DNA of 31,459 nt from PVC group bacterium (GCA_043804695.1 JAZDIV010000056.1:1-31459); one strand, 5' to 3'; positions 7,044 through 17,753 are shown, counted from the first letter of the stretch. Numbers and translations: made by a program. Notes: generated by a model not told the origin, from the letters alone.

Positions 7044-7982
7044 ATGAGACAGCTGTACATTCTCGATCCGTTCGAAAAGCTCCACATCGAGAACGACACC
7101 TCCATCCTCCTGATGAACGAGGCGATCAGGCGCGGTATCGAGGTCCATTCCTGCACCGAGTTCGATATCTCCCGGGATAACCGGGGATTCTCCGCCCGGG
7201 CCCGGCGCCATGAAAAGGAAATCAGCTCTTCCATCCTGGAAGACCGGGCTTCCTGCGGCAGCTTCGAGCTGGAGTTGTTCGACTGCGTATTCATCCGGAA
7301 AGATCCGCCCTTCGACGCCTCCTATCTGACCCTGCTCCTTCTCCTGCAGGAGCTCCGCCGCCCGCTCGTCATCAACAGCCCGCTCGCCCTCCTCCGCTAT
7401 AACGAGAAACTCTCCATCTTTCTTTTCCCGGAGTATATCACCGAAACGCTCGTCTCCTCTTCCCTGCCCCGGATCAGGGAATTCGTCAGGGATGCGGGGG
7501 GGAGCGCCGTCCTCAAACCGCTCTTCGGCTGCAGCGGGCGCGACGTCAAACTCCTCCAGGATTCCGATCCCGCGTTCGATGATGAGGTCCGCTCCTCGAC
7601 CGCCCGCGGAACCGGGAAAGTGATGCTCCAGCGCTACCTCCCGGCGGTGACCGAGGGTGAGACCCGGGTCTTCCTGCTCGAAGACCGGGTCCTGGCGGTG
7701 ATGAAGAAGGTCCCGGCCCCGGGTTCATTCAAGGCCAACTTCGACTTCGGCGCCCGGGGTCTTCCCCACGCCCTGACCCCCCGGGAAGAGACGATCTGCC
7801 GGGCCGTGGGAGCGTTCTGCAAAAAAGAGGGGATCATCCTCTCCGCTCTCGATCTGATCGACGGGCACCTTTCCGAGTTCAACATCACCAGCCCGGGACT
7901 CCTGGTCGAATCGAACCGGGTGGATAACGCGCGCTACGAGGAAGAGGTCATCCGATTCGTAACCGATCGATCAGGGCGCTGA
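7044..7982 (+). CDS. gshB: Glutathione synthetase-like ATP-grasp ligase (divergent)
   Basis: LDP..DTS..EAIRRG, IRKDPPFD, NEKL, KPL, QRYLPAVTEG, EFNITSP; SD GAGG. Confidence 0.82.
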   Translation: MRQLYILDPFEKLHIENDTSILLMNEAIRRGIEVHSCTEFDISRDNRGFSARARRHEKEISSSILEDRASCGSFELELFDCVFIRKDPPFDASYLTLLLLLQELRRPLVINSPLALLRYNEKLSIFLFPEYITETLVSSSLPRIREFVRDAGGSAVLKPLFGCSGRDVKLLQDSDPAFDDEVRSSTARGTGKVMLQRYLPAVTEGETRVFLLEDRVLAVMKKVPAPGSFKANFDFGARGLPHALTPREETICRAVGAFCKKEGIILSALDLIDGHLSEFNITSPGLLVESNRVDNARYEEEVIRFVTDRSGR

Positions 7983-9159
7983 TCCCTTCTTCCCCGCTGA
8001 AGGCCTCGCAGGCGCGGGCGGCCGATGTCCTCCCCTCACGGAGAATGAGATCAAGAGGAGCCAGGTACTCCGCCTCATCCGCCGGCAGGCCGGCCCGGGC
8101 CCGGGCAAGCATCTCGGCCGGCGGCATCAGCGGTTCATAGACCTCCCCGCCGTAGAAGAGACCCTTCACGCAGGCGGTAATCGCCAGCACCATCTCGGGC
8201 CGATTGGAATCAAACGTCCGGATCTCCAGGGTGGTGTTGTTAAACCGCACCAGGGAGAAGATCGTGTTCAGATGGGTCAGCCAATCGTTGAGATCGGGGT
8301 AAGTTCCCTGGAATCCCGCGCTGAGAAATTTCCGGAAGGTAAGGCGCTCCGCCATCTCATAATACCGGCCGGACCGGTAAAGAAAGATGATCGGGACATC
8401 AAGCGCGTAATCGACATAATCGGCAAAGGAGCTGATCGGGCGCCCGCAGCCGGCCGGGGTGCCGCTTCTCTCCTTGTCGGTCCGGCACCAGATTTTTTTC
8501 CGAAAGCTGCCGGTATACCGGTACACGAGGTCGTAAATCGGTGAATTGGAGAAGAAGTCGGTCAGGAGATCGGAGAGGATAACGGCGTTCTGAAGCTTGC
8601 GGACGGCGTCCTCTTCCGAGTTGTAGTCGATGCTGACCTGGATGGCGGCGGTCTGTTTCATCATGTAGAGGCTCAATCCCGGCTTCGCTTCCCAGTACCT
8701 CCGCATGATCTGATAGCGCTGCTTCGGCATCCAGGGGACATCATCGAAGGAGTTGACCGGGTCGACCCCGGAACCGATAAAGACCGCCCCCGGCGAACCG
8801 GCTTCGTGCAACAGCGCCAGGTAGTTCTTCAGTTTGCCGGACAGCTCCCCCACGGTCCGGCAGGGGCTGAATGACGCCTCGAGCTGGCCGCCCGGCTCGA
8901 TGCTGACGCTGAAATCATTGTCTTTGAGGCCGATCGGCCGGCCGGCGTCCATAACCGGTTCGCCGCCGGTCAGTTCGAGAAGGGTATCCAGAATTTCCCT
9001 GATCCCGGGTGATCCGTCATAAGAGAGGCGGGAAAAATCGTCTTTTTTCAAACAAAAGATCTCGTACTCCGTTCCCACCTGGTTCTCGGAAGGCGGCACC
9101 ACCGAACTCCGGAAGAATTCGATCAGATCCCTAACAGTCAATCGTAACTGCCTGCTCAT
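7948..9159 (-). CDS. gshA: Glutamate-cysteine ligase (GCS2 family, plant/alphaproteobacterial type)
   Basis: GTEYE, SIEPGGQLEAS, MPKQRYQIM, MMKQTAAIQVSIDY, FSNSP, YVDYALDVP, LEIR; start placed at MSRQL (9159). Confidence 0.85.
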   Translation of the reverse strand: MSRQLRLTVRDLIEFFRSSVVPPSENQVGTEYEIFCLKKDDFSRLSYDGSPGIREILDTLLELTGGEPVMDAGRPIGLKDNDFSVSIEPGGQLEASFSPCRTVGELSGKLKNYLALLHEAGSPGAVFIGSGVDPVNSFDDVPWMPKQRYQIMRRYWEAKPGLSLYMMKQTAAIQVSIDYNSEEDAVRKLQNAVILSDLLTDFFSNSPIYDLVYRYTGSFRKKIWCRTDKERSGTPAGCGRPISSFADYVDYALDVPIIFLYRSGRYYEMAERLTFRKFLSAGFQGTYPDLNDWLTHLNTIFSLVRFNNTTLEIRTFDSNRPEMVLAITACVKGLFYGGEVYEPLMPPAEMLARARAGLPADEAEYLAPLDLILREGRTSAARACEAFSGEEGISALIDRLRIG

Positions 9160-9278
9160 TACCTGGCATCTTATCAAAGCGCGAGCGGAAAGGAAATACC
9201 CCATTTCCCGAGAAAAAAGTGGATAATCACCGCGGATGCGGTACACTCACTTATCGATACATCAACCTGCAATTTTAA

Positions 9279-10581
<1,303 letters not shown>

Positions 10582-10620
10582 GTGTAAAACTGAATATTTA
10601 TCCCGGGTGGTTTTTCTCAA

Positions 10621-10682
10621 CTGTTTCGGGATTTCAATAATCGGTTTTTCCGATTATTGAAATTCCGAAACAGGAACTTAGC
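10621..10682. repeat. Palindromic element, copy 2 (same family as 2623-2686)
   Basis: ctgtttcgggatttcaataatcgg...ccgattattgaaattccgaaacaggaacttagc; weaker similarity continues about 35 nt upstream. Confidence 0.9.
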
Positions 10683-10685
10683 ACT

Positions 10686-10976
10686 TTGAACAGATTTTTG
10701 AAGATATTCTGGCTGATTCTCCTGATAGCGCTCTTTGCCGGGTTCGGCTGGCTCTTCTCCCAGAAGCTTTCCAAACTGAGCGAGCTGCGGCGGCAGCAGC
10801 TTGACTACGGCAGGAAAGTGATGCTCCTGGAAACGGAGGTGGCCCGGCTCAACCGGGAGATCGAAGAAATCCGGAATAATCCGGATTGCCTCGAGAAACT
10901 GGCCCGGGAGAAGCTGGGCATGGCGGGGAAGAACGAGATGATCTTCATCTTCGAGTCCACCCCGGCGCCCGAGTAA
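10686..10976 (+). CDS. ftsB: Septum formation initiator FtsB/DivIC
   Basis: N-terminal TM helix, coiled coil, LEKLAREKLGM...E motif, and the conserved position after eno. Confidence 0.85.
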   Translation: MNRFLKIFWLILLIALFAGFGWLFSQKLSKLSELRRQQLDYGRKVMLLETEVARLNREIEEIRNNPDCLEKLAREKLGMAGKNEMIFIFESTPAPE

Positions 10977-11037
10977 TCATCAATAAGGAACAGCAACCAA
11001 TTACCTACTTCACTAACGCGATAAACACATTCAATAG

Positions 11038-11155
11038 GGAGTAATGGAGTGCTGGAGTGTTGGAGTAATGGCGACCGGCAAGCCGCTATTCCAATACTCC
11101 ATCACTCCATCACTCCAATACTCCTTGTTGCTGCCCGAGACAAGCGAGGGCAGCA
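11038..11155. repeat. Inverted pair of TGGAGTnn octamer runs with GCCCGAG..GAGGGC tail, copy 1
   Basis: ggagtaatggagtgctggagtgttggagtaatgg ... ccaatactccatcactccatcactccaatactcc, then tgcccgagacaagcgagggca. Confidence 0.85.
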
Positions 11156-11161
11156 CATCAT

Positions 11162-12652
11162 ATGACCTTCGCCCCGCTTGACTACATCGTCCTGGGCCTC
11201 TATTTCGTCTCCATCGCCTCGATCGGCCTGCTGGCGGGAAGGCGGGAAAAAAACACCGAAGATTACTTCCTGGGCGGACGGGCCATGCCCTGGTGGGCGG
11301 TCACCTTCTCCATCCTGGCTACCGAGGTGAGCGCGGTCACCTTCATCGGCGCGCCGGGGGCGTCATACCGGGGAAACTACGCGTACCTCCAGTTCGCATT
11401 CGGTTCCCTCCTGGGCCGGATCCTGATCGCGTGGCTCTTTCTCCCCGCTTTCTACCGGGGCCGGGTCACCTCGATTTACGAGTTCCTGGCCCAGCGCTTC
11501 GGGGAGAGAAGCCGACTGACCGCGGTGATCTTCTTCTTCATCACCCGGCTCCTGGCCAGCGGGGTACGGCTCCTGGTCGTTTCCCTGGTTCTCAGCGTGG
11601 TCACCGGTTTTCCTCTCTTCGTCATCATTATCGCGGTGGCGGTAATCGCCCTTTTCTACACCCTGATCGGCGGGATCAAGGCGGTCATCTGGACCGACGT
11701 CTTCCAGTTCATCATCTTCATGGGGGGCGCCTGGGTCGCCATCTGCTTTCTCCTCAATGCCATCCCCGGGGGATGGTCCGGGATAAAAAACCTGGTCGCC
11801 CCGGATAAGCTGCGGATATTCGACTTCCACCTTTCCCTCACCGGCAGCACCTTTTTCCTGGTCGCCTTCATCAACGGCTGTTTCCAGACCTTTGCCGCCC
11901 TCGGCACCGACCAGGACCTGACCCAGCGGATGCTGACCTGCAAAAGTCTCCGGCAGGGCCAGCGGGCCTTGCTCCTGACCGGCATCATCGACTTCCCGAT
12001 CGTCTTCACCTATCTTTTGATCGGAACCGCCCTTTTCTGCGTGTACGACGTCATGGGGGGGCACCTTCCGGCGGCCTTCTCATCCGACCCCGATACCATC
12101 TTCCCCTACTACATCATGACCGCGCTGCCGGCCGGGGTCCGGGGGCTTTTGATCGCCTCCATCTTTGCCGCCGCCATGTCCAGCCTCGATTCGGCCATCA
12201 ACGCAATGTCTTCGAGCGCGATCATGGATATCTACCGGCCCTTCATCCGGCCCGGGGCATCGGAAAAGCATTACCTGATGGTTTCCCGGATCTTCGTGGC
12301 CGTTTTCTGCCTCCTCCTGATCGGGGCCGCGCTCCTCCTGAACAACATTCCCGGAGGCAAACTCTGGCTCGGTTTCAAGGTGACCGGGTTTACCTACGGC
12401 GCCCTTCTGGGTGTCTTTCTGCTGGGGGTCCTGACCGGGAAGAGCAATGACCGGATGAATCTCTGGGCGATGGTGAGCAGTTCCCTCCTCCTGCTGGCCC
12501 TCACCCTGGTCGAGCACCTGCTTCTCAGCGGGCGGAATCTTCTCGCCTGGCCCTGGTACGTGGTGGTGGGGACACTGTGGACCTTCTTCTGGGGCTGGCT
12601 CTTCTCCCTGTCTTATTTTTCCGAAGGAAAAATAAGAGTTGATAAGCATTGA
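11162..12652 (+). CDS. Sodium:solute symporter (SSS) family transporter
   Basis: EDYFLGGRAMPWW, ATEVSAVTFIGAPG, GGIKAVIWTDVFQ, DQDLTQRML, AAAMSSLDS; multiple TM helices. Confidence 0.93.
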   Translation: MTFAPLDYIVLGLYFVSIASIGLLAGRREKNTEDYFLGGRAMPWWAVTFSILATEVSAVTFIGAPGASYRGNYAYLQFAFGSLLGRILIAWLFLPAFYRGRVTSIYEFLAQRFGERSRLTAVIFFFITRLLASGVRLLVVSLVLSVVTGFPLFVIIIAVAVIALFYTLIGGIKAVIWTDVFQFIIFMGGAWVAICFLLNAIPGGWSGIKNLVAPDKLRIFDFHLSLTGSTFFLVAFINGCFQTFAALGTDQDLTQRMLTCKSLRQGQRALLLTGIIDFPIVFTYLLIGTALFCVYDVMGGHLPAAFSSDPDTIFPYYIMTALPAGVRGLLIASIFAAAMSSLDSAINAMSSSAIMDIYRPFIRPGASEKHYLMVSRIFVAVFCLLLIGAALLLNNIPGGKLWLGFKVTGFTYGALLGVFLLGVLTGKSNDRMNLWAMVSSSLLLLALTLVEHLLLSGRNLLAWPWYVVVGTLWTFFWGWLFSLSYFSEGKIRVDKH

Positions 12653-12719
12653 GCCGACGTTACAAATGTATCTTTCAGTTACCGGCATTGCCTTAACGGA
12701 GTAAATACCGATCCCGGCC

Positions 12720-13493
12720 ATGGAAGGCTCCCCCGGAGATAGAATCCGGCAGGTTGTTTCCCGGTGCGATGTCTGTATCGTGGACCTGGATCAGTGTGTC
12801 TATCCCCGGTTTACCCAGACGGCGCTCGGAAGACTACTTCTTTACCGCAGCCTGTTCCCCGGAAACCGGGATTTATTTCCACAACTGCTCGCCGGCGCAT
12901 TCTTCATCACCCGCATCAGGACCGGGCAGATCTTCGGCCGGCACCCTTCCAACTACATGCTGATGGCCGCTTTTGACCGGGTCATCCGGGGGATGCCCAT
13001 GGAACTTGTCGAAGAATGCTCATCCCGTCTTCCGATGACGGGGCCCCAGGACTGGAGAATAGCGCTGAGAGCGATCTCGACCATGATGGATGTCCACCTC
13101 CTGACCTTTTCCATCGATCCGGTCGCCGGGGCCTACGGCGGGACAAGAGATTTCACCGGGCGAACCATCTTCCGGGGATGGAGGGGAACCCCACTGACGG
13201 TAAACGGGGGAATAATCGACAAAGTGATCTTTTCTCCCCGGTCCCTCTCCCCTGAAGCCAAGCTGGAGGCGATGGAAGAGATCATGACGGCGGGCGGTTT
13301 TCAACGACCGCTCATCATCGGCCACGGCCAAGACGAATCCCCGATGGCTGGCCGGGCCCGGGGGCTCGGGGGCGGTTCGCTCGGCTTCTCAAAAGCGGGC
13401 GGAACGGTCGAGGAGTTCGACCTCATTCTCCCCGGTGATGCCTGGAAAACCATTGCGAGCGGGTTAACCCGATTTATTCATAAATCGGGTTAG
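12720..13493 (+). CDS. HAD-like hydrolase fold protein with non-canonical motifs
   Basis: IVDLDQC (motif I-like), LLTFS (II), AK (III), IIGHGQDE (IV-like). Confidence 0.55.
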   Translation: MEGSPGDRIRQVVSRCDVCIVDLDQCVYPRFTQTALGRLLLYRSLFPGNRDLFPQLLAGAFFITRIRTGQIFGRHPSNYMLMAAFDRVIRGMPMELVEECSSRLPMTGPQDWRIALRAISTMMDVHLLTFSIDPVAGAYGGTRDFTGRTIFRGWRGTPLTVNGGIIDKVIFSPRSLSPEAKLEAMEEIMTAGGFQRPLIIGHGQDESPMAGRARGLGGGSLGFSKAGGTVEEFDLILPGDAWKTIASGLTRFIHKSG

Positions 13494-13518
13494 TTTTGAA
13501 CAATGACGAAGATTAAAA
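13464..13518. repeat. TAACCCGATTTAT hairpin element, copy 1
   Basis: taacccgatttat-tc-ataaatcgggtta plus tail gttttgaacaatgacgaagattaaaa; reverse-orientation copies at 17546 and 19844. Confidence 0.85.
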
Positions 13519-13756
13519 TAAAGGCAAAACAAAAACATATTGATTTCATCAATTTCTCCGGCATTGAAATATTTTTATAAATAATGCGGATTAAGTTCCT
13601 GCTTCGGGATTTTCCCGACATCCGTCGGGATCTCGATAACAATACTTTTGAATATATGAATCGGGACAATAACTGTCAAGATACTATACAATATAGCGTC
13701 CCCACTCCGGCCACGCCCCGTGTGCATTTTACCGGGGTGGCGACGAGTAGTTTTTT

Positions 13757-13817
13757 AACTTTAGGCACTTCTCCGCCGGAGTCGGATCAGCCTCTGGCTG
13801 AAAACTTTAGGCACTTC
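13757..13817. repeat. 15-bp direct repeat flanking a small double hairpin
   Basis: aactttaggcacttc at 13757 and 13803 around tccgccggagtcggatcagcctctggctg. Confidence 0.75.
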
Positions 13818-13864
13818 AGAACGTTGCCCGAGCGAAGTGAGGGCTAAGTTCTGTATAATGTGGC

Positions 13865-15202
13865 ATGAAGACACGCCCGTTCTTCGGGGTTGAGGATCCG
13901 GCAAACATCACCACCGTCTTGCTGGGCGGCTTCCAGCATGTCCTGGCCATGTTTGTCGGGATCGTCACCCCCCCGCTTCTCATCTCCTGCTCCCTGGGAC
14001 TCGACCCCGGATCCACCGGCTTCCTGATAAGCATGGCCCTCTTCACCTCCGGCCTCACCACCTTCATCCAGGTCAAGCGCTTCGGACCGTTCGGTTCGGG
14101 ACTGCTCAGTGTGCAGGGAACCAGTTTTACTTTCGTCTCTCTATCCATCCAGGCCGGGCAGGCCGGAGGATTACCCCTGATCTTCGGGATGACGATGGCC
14201 GCCGCGCCGGTGGAGATGATTTTGAGCCGGTTCATCCATTTCGCCCGCCGGCTCTTCCCCCCGGTCGTAACCGGCTCGGTGGTCATGCTGATCGGGACCA
14301 GCCTGATCAAGGTCGGGGTAACCGACCTGGGCGGCGGCAGCGGCGACCCCGGCTTCGGCAGCCCATCCAATCTCCTCCTCGGGATGTTCGTGATGGCGGT
14401 CATCATCATTCTCAACCGCTTCGGCCGGGGCTTCCTCAGCACCGTATCCATCGCCCTGGGAATCGTGGCCGGCTATCTCCTGGCGGCGCTGCTGGGCCGG
14501 GTTGACTTTTCCCCCTTCGCCGAGGCCGGCTGGCTGACCGTACCGCAGCCCCTGAAATTCGGCATCGACTTTGACCCGCGCTACCTGCTTCCCTGGGTAA
14601 TCGGCTACCTGATCACCACCATCGAGTCGATCGGAGACCTGACCGCCAGCTCGGGCGTCTCCCGGGAACCGGTCGAGGGGCCCGTTTTTATCCGGCGGCT
14701 CGAAGGCGGCATCCTCTCGGACGGGATGGGGAGCCTCCTGGCCGGGTTCTTCAACGCGATGCCCAACACCACCTTCTCCCAGAATAACGGGGTGATCGGC
14801 CTGACCGGCGTCGCCTCCCGGCGGGTCGGATACGGCGTGGCCGGGATTTTGATTCTGCTCGGCCTTTTTCCCCGGATAGCCGCCCTGATCAGCGTGATGC
14901 CGAAGCCGGTCCTGGGGGGCGCCACCACCATCATGTTCGCCATGGTAGCGGTCGCCGGGCTGAAGATAATCGTCTCCGGCGGACTGGGCATCCGGAATCA
15001 GTTCATCCTGGCCATCACCCTGGCGGCCGGACTGGGGATAGAGATGGTGCCGGGCGCGTTCGCGAAGATCGGAGGAACGCCCGTCGAGGCCGGCATTCTG
15101 CTCGGTTCTCTCTCCGCCATCCTCCGCTCGGGACTGGCCGTGGGGGCGATCGTGGCCACGGTCCTGAACCTGCTCCTGCCCCGGGACACCGGCACCGGCT
15201 GA
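13865..15202 (+). CDS. Nucleobase:cation symporter-2 (xanthine/uracil permease)
   Basis: GFQHVLAM, FPPVVTG, IESIGD, NAT signature FSQNNGVIGLTGVASR (xanthine-type QN). Confidence 0.93.
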   Translation: MKTRPFFGVEDPANITTVLLGGFQHVLAMFVGIVTPPLLISCSLGLDPGSTGFLISMALFTSGLTTFIQVKRFGPFGSGLLSVQGTSFTFVSLSIQAGQAGGLPLIFGMTMAAAPVEMILSRFIHFARRLFPPVVTGSVVMLIGTSLIKVGVTDLGGGSGDPGFGSPSNLLLGMFVMAVIIILNRFGRGFLSTVSIALGIVAGYLLAALLGRVDFSPFAEAGWLTVPQPLKFGIDFDPRYLLPWVIGYLITTIESIGDLTASSGVSREPVEGPVFIRRLEGGILSDGMGSLLAGFFNAMPNTTFSQNNGVIGLTGVASRRVGYGVAGILILLGLFPRIAALISVMPKPVLGGATTIMFAMVAVAGLKIIVSGGLGIRNQFILAITLAAGLGIEMVPGAFAKIGGTPVEAGILLGSLSAILRSGLAVGAIVATVLNLLLPRDTGTG

Positions 15203-15247
15203 CACACGGGATACACGTCATGCGGCAGGGATCAAACAACCGGCAGC

Positions 15248-15470
15248 ATGCTCCCCCCCCCCTATGCCGGACTCCTCATTCTCGTCCCGCTGATCCTGGT
15301 AACCATTGGCGGATTCCTGCGGCGGAGAAACTGGTGGAGGAGCGGATTCCCCTCGACCGGATCGATCTCGAGCTAACCCGGGGAAAGGGGTTCGGGATCG
15401 CCTATCTTTACCATCACCTGATCGAGCGGCGCCATGACCCGCCGCCCTTTCACGTCAGGAGCCTGGATTC
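15248..15470 (+). pseudogene. Possible remnant of a membrane protein gene
   Basis: 42-aa ORF 15248-15376 with one TM segment, overlapped by a coding-like shifted frame (EKLVEERIPLDRIDLEL...); C10 tract at 15253-15262. Confidence 0.3.
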
Positions 15471-16372
15471 TAAATCAATCCCCGGAAAGGAAGCCCCTTG
15501 TAAACAACCAGGTGATCCTGGAACTGGACCAGGGGCTGTTTTTTCAGCCAGAATTCCCGGTAGATATATTCGGTTATCTCTTCTTTCTGTTGCCGGTTAT
15601 AGACATGGACATCAGGATAAAGCAGTATCATCCAGATTACGGCCATGAACTTCCCGAAATTATCGACAAAGAATCGCACTTCATGGGTCCGCGAGAGTAT
15701 CTGAGACGCTTTAAATATCTTGTTCCGCCGCAGCTGAGCCCCGAATTCCAGAAGGTCCTGATCATTGCGGCACCCGAAGTATTTTCCGGCGAAGTGATTG
15801 TAAAGCCAGGTGGTCGAACGGCGGTCTGCGCTCTCCGAGGCCATCATCACGGCGTGGATCGCTCCCCGCGGGGACAATATCGTCCGGTGCAGGTTCTCGA
15901 AGAGTCCCTCCCACTGCCCTTTTTCCGAGTAATAGAGGGAATGATGAAGCGCGACCAGATCCATCTTCTTCCCGGCAAGCCTGCTCTTCAGAAACGCCCG
16001 GGCGTTGACGGGCTCCATCAGGACCCGGTTGTAATCCGCCCGGATCGTCGTCACGTGGCTGATCCATTGCCGGCGGAGCCGTTCCTGCACGATCCCGAGC
16101 GGCACCCGGTCGATGTCCAGGAGATAGAGCCCCCCCCGGAAGGCGGCTTCCAGGATCCGGAACTGCGGCTCCGACCCCGAGCCGAGCGAGAGGGCGCGCA
16201 GGCGACGGGAAAGAGGAACCGCCCGGCACAGCGACCGGATGACCGCGGTCAGCACCTCGCCGATATCGACCTTGTCGCCGCTGTAGCGCGACCAGATTTC
16301 ATCCTCGTTGTACATGTCGGTATCCCCGGCCCTGACGCCGGTCTCGATCAGTTTCGCCATCAGGTTTTTCAT
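15470..16372 (-). CDS. Class I SAM-dependent methyltransferase
   Basis: LSLGSGS motif I, LLDID, MDLVALHHSLYY, ILSPRG; SD AAGGAGG. Confidence 0.8.
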   Translation of the reverse strand: MKNLMAKLIETGVRAGDTDMYNEDEIWSRYSGDKVDIGEVLTAVIRSLCRAVPLSRRLRALSLGSGSEPQFRILEAAFRGGLYLLDIDRVPLGIVQERLRRQWISHVTTIRADYNRVLMEPVNARAFLKSRLAGKKMDLVALHHSLYYSEKGQWEGLFENLHRTILSPRGAIHAVMMASESADRRSTTWLYNHFAGKYFGCRNDQDLLEFGAQLRRNKIFKASQILSRTHEVRFFVDNFGKFMAVIWMILLYPDVHVYNRQQKEEITEYIYREFWLKKQPLVQFQDHLVVYKGLPFRGLI

Positions 16373-16423
16373 GACCCATCTCCTCCTTCGAACGTAGCTC
16401 GCCGCGCTCGGGCAACTAAATAA

Positions 16424-16452
16424 AACTACGAATTACGCGAATTACACGAATT
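16424..16452. repeat. Short tandem 9-mer repeat
   Basis: aactacgaattacgcgaattacacgaatt. Confidence 0.55.
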
Positions 16453-16524
16453 TTCTTTAAAATATCCCTGCAATGTCGGTTCAATGCTTGCACACTATTA
16501 TTTTTTCGCAGAAAAAATAATACA

Positions 16525-17325
16525 TCACAGACGCCCGAGAAGACGGTACGCGACAATCCCGAGCCACTCATGGAGACACCGGGTGGAGACGGTAAAATAC
16601 CGGTCGCTGGGCAGGAGACTGAGCGGGTCGAGCGAAAAGGTTGTAACCAGGAAATCGGCGGGCGACGGCACGGGGTCGATGCCCGCGCGCCGCATAGCCA
16701 GGATCGACCGGGGCATGTGGATCGAGGATGTCACCAGGATAACGCGGTGAAGATCGGCGCCGGGATACCTCTGATCGAGCAGCCGTTTTGTTTCCCGGGC
16801 GTTCTCGCAGGTGTTGCGGGAGAGATTTTCCGTCCAGAAGTCGGACGGCGGAATGCCGATCGAGACGGCGCAGCTCCGGGCCAGCTCCGCCTCGAATGAT
16901 TCCGGGTCGAAGGGGCTGCCGCTCCCGCCGCTGTAAATAATCGGGATCCGGCCGCCGTATTCCCGGTAGAGTTCGATCCCGCGCCAGAGACGGTTCCAGC
17001 TCGCCCCTTCCAGTTCTGACCGCGGGTGGGACGGGCCTTTTTTAACGGCCCCCCCGGCCAAAACGACTATCGCCGCCGGCTCCCGATCTCCGGCGCCGGG
17101 AGCGGCCGCTTCGGTGAACGGGACCGTTCTTTCCAGGCTTTTCACCAGGAGATAGGCTGCCGGGCCGGTGGAGAGGAAATAATACCCGGCCGCGGTCACA
17201 ATGAGAAGGATCCTCCCTCCTTTCCATTTTTTCCTGAAAAACAGGCAGAGAGAAATCACCATTCCGATCAGGATCGCGGTGGGCGGGAGAAAAAAGGGCT
17301 TGATCAGTTTCAAGAAGGTAAACAT
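16525..17325 (-). CDS. YdcF/DUF218 (ElyC-like) membrane protein
   Basis: AIVVLAGG, IIYSGG, EAE, SRNTCENA, LVTSSIHMPRS, HEWLG; start at MFTFLK. Confidence 0.9.
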   Translation of the reverse strand: MFTFLKLIKPFFLPPTAILIGMVISLCLFFRKKWKGGRILLIVTAAGYYFLSTGPAAYLLVKSLERTVPFTEAAAPGAGDREPAAIVVLAGGAVKKGPSHPRSELEGASWNRLWRGIELYREYGGRIPIIYSGGSGSPFDPESFEAELARSCAVSIGIPPSDFWTENLSRNTCENARETKRLLDQRYPGADLHRVILVTSSIHMPRSILAMRRAGIDPVPSPADFLVTTFSLDPLSLLPSDRYFTVSTRCLHEWLGIVAYRLLGRL

Positions 17326-17545
17326 ATCACATCGTTGAGGTTGGCAGTGGCCGGGGCAGTAGGAGTGCTCCGCCGACAGGCGCCAGACATCATACTGACT
17401 GCCGGGGAGTGATTCAATAAAAAAGGATATCCCGGAAAGACAATGTGTTATTCTTTCTGGCAGCATTGCCAGTAGAAATAAATTGTTGCCTATAATCCAT
17501 TGCCAGAGATGTTGATAAAATCAATCGCTTTTCGTGTTGCTGTTC

Positions 17546-17629
17546 TTTTAATCTTTGTCATTGTTCTAAACTAATCCGATTTATGCCTGTCTGCCGACAG
17601 GCAAGGCAGGTGGGAATAAATCGGATTAA
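17546..17629. repeat. TAACCCGATTTAT hairpin element, copy 2, with 29-nt loop insert
   Basis: ttttaatctttgtcattgttctaaactaatccgatttatg[cctgtctgccgacaggcaaggcaggtggg]aataaatcggattaa. Confidence 0.85.
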
Positions 17630-17753
17630 TGGCTCAGTACGCCCCGTTTTACTGATTATGAAAGAACTAGACGCAGTGCTCTTTATGGTCAATGAAGTGG
17701 TATGTGACCGATGACCCTGGAGGCATCGTCTCTTCACGGTGCCCGGGAGACGG

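Noticed and set aside
6506..7180. ORFs containing CHCERRSDEAIS / VIASAAKQS
   Set aside because: They are translations of the palindromic MITE core, not proteins.
13520..13864. Purine riboswitch upstream of the NCS2 permease; ORF 13584-13847
   Set aside because: No purine aptamer consensus was recognised; the region is a patchwork of small hairpin repeats and the ORF has no protein-like features.
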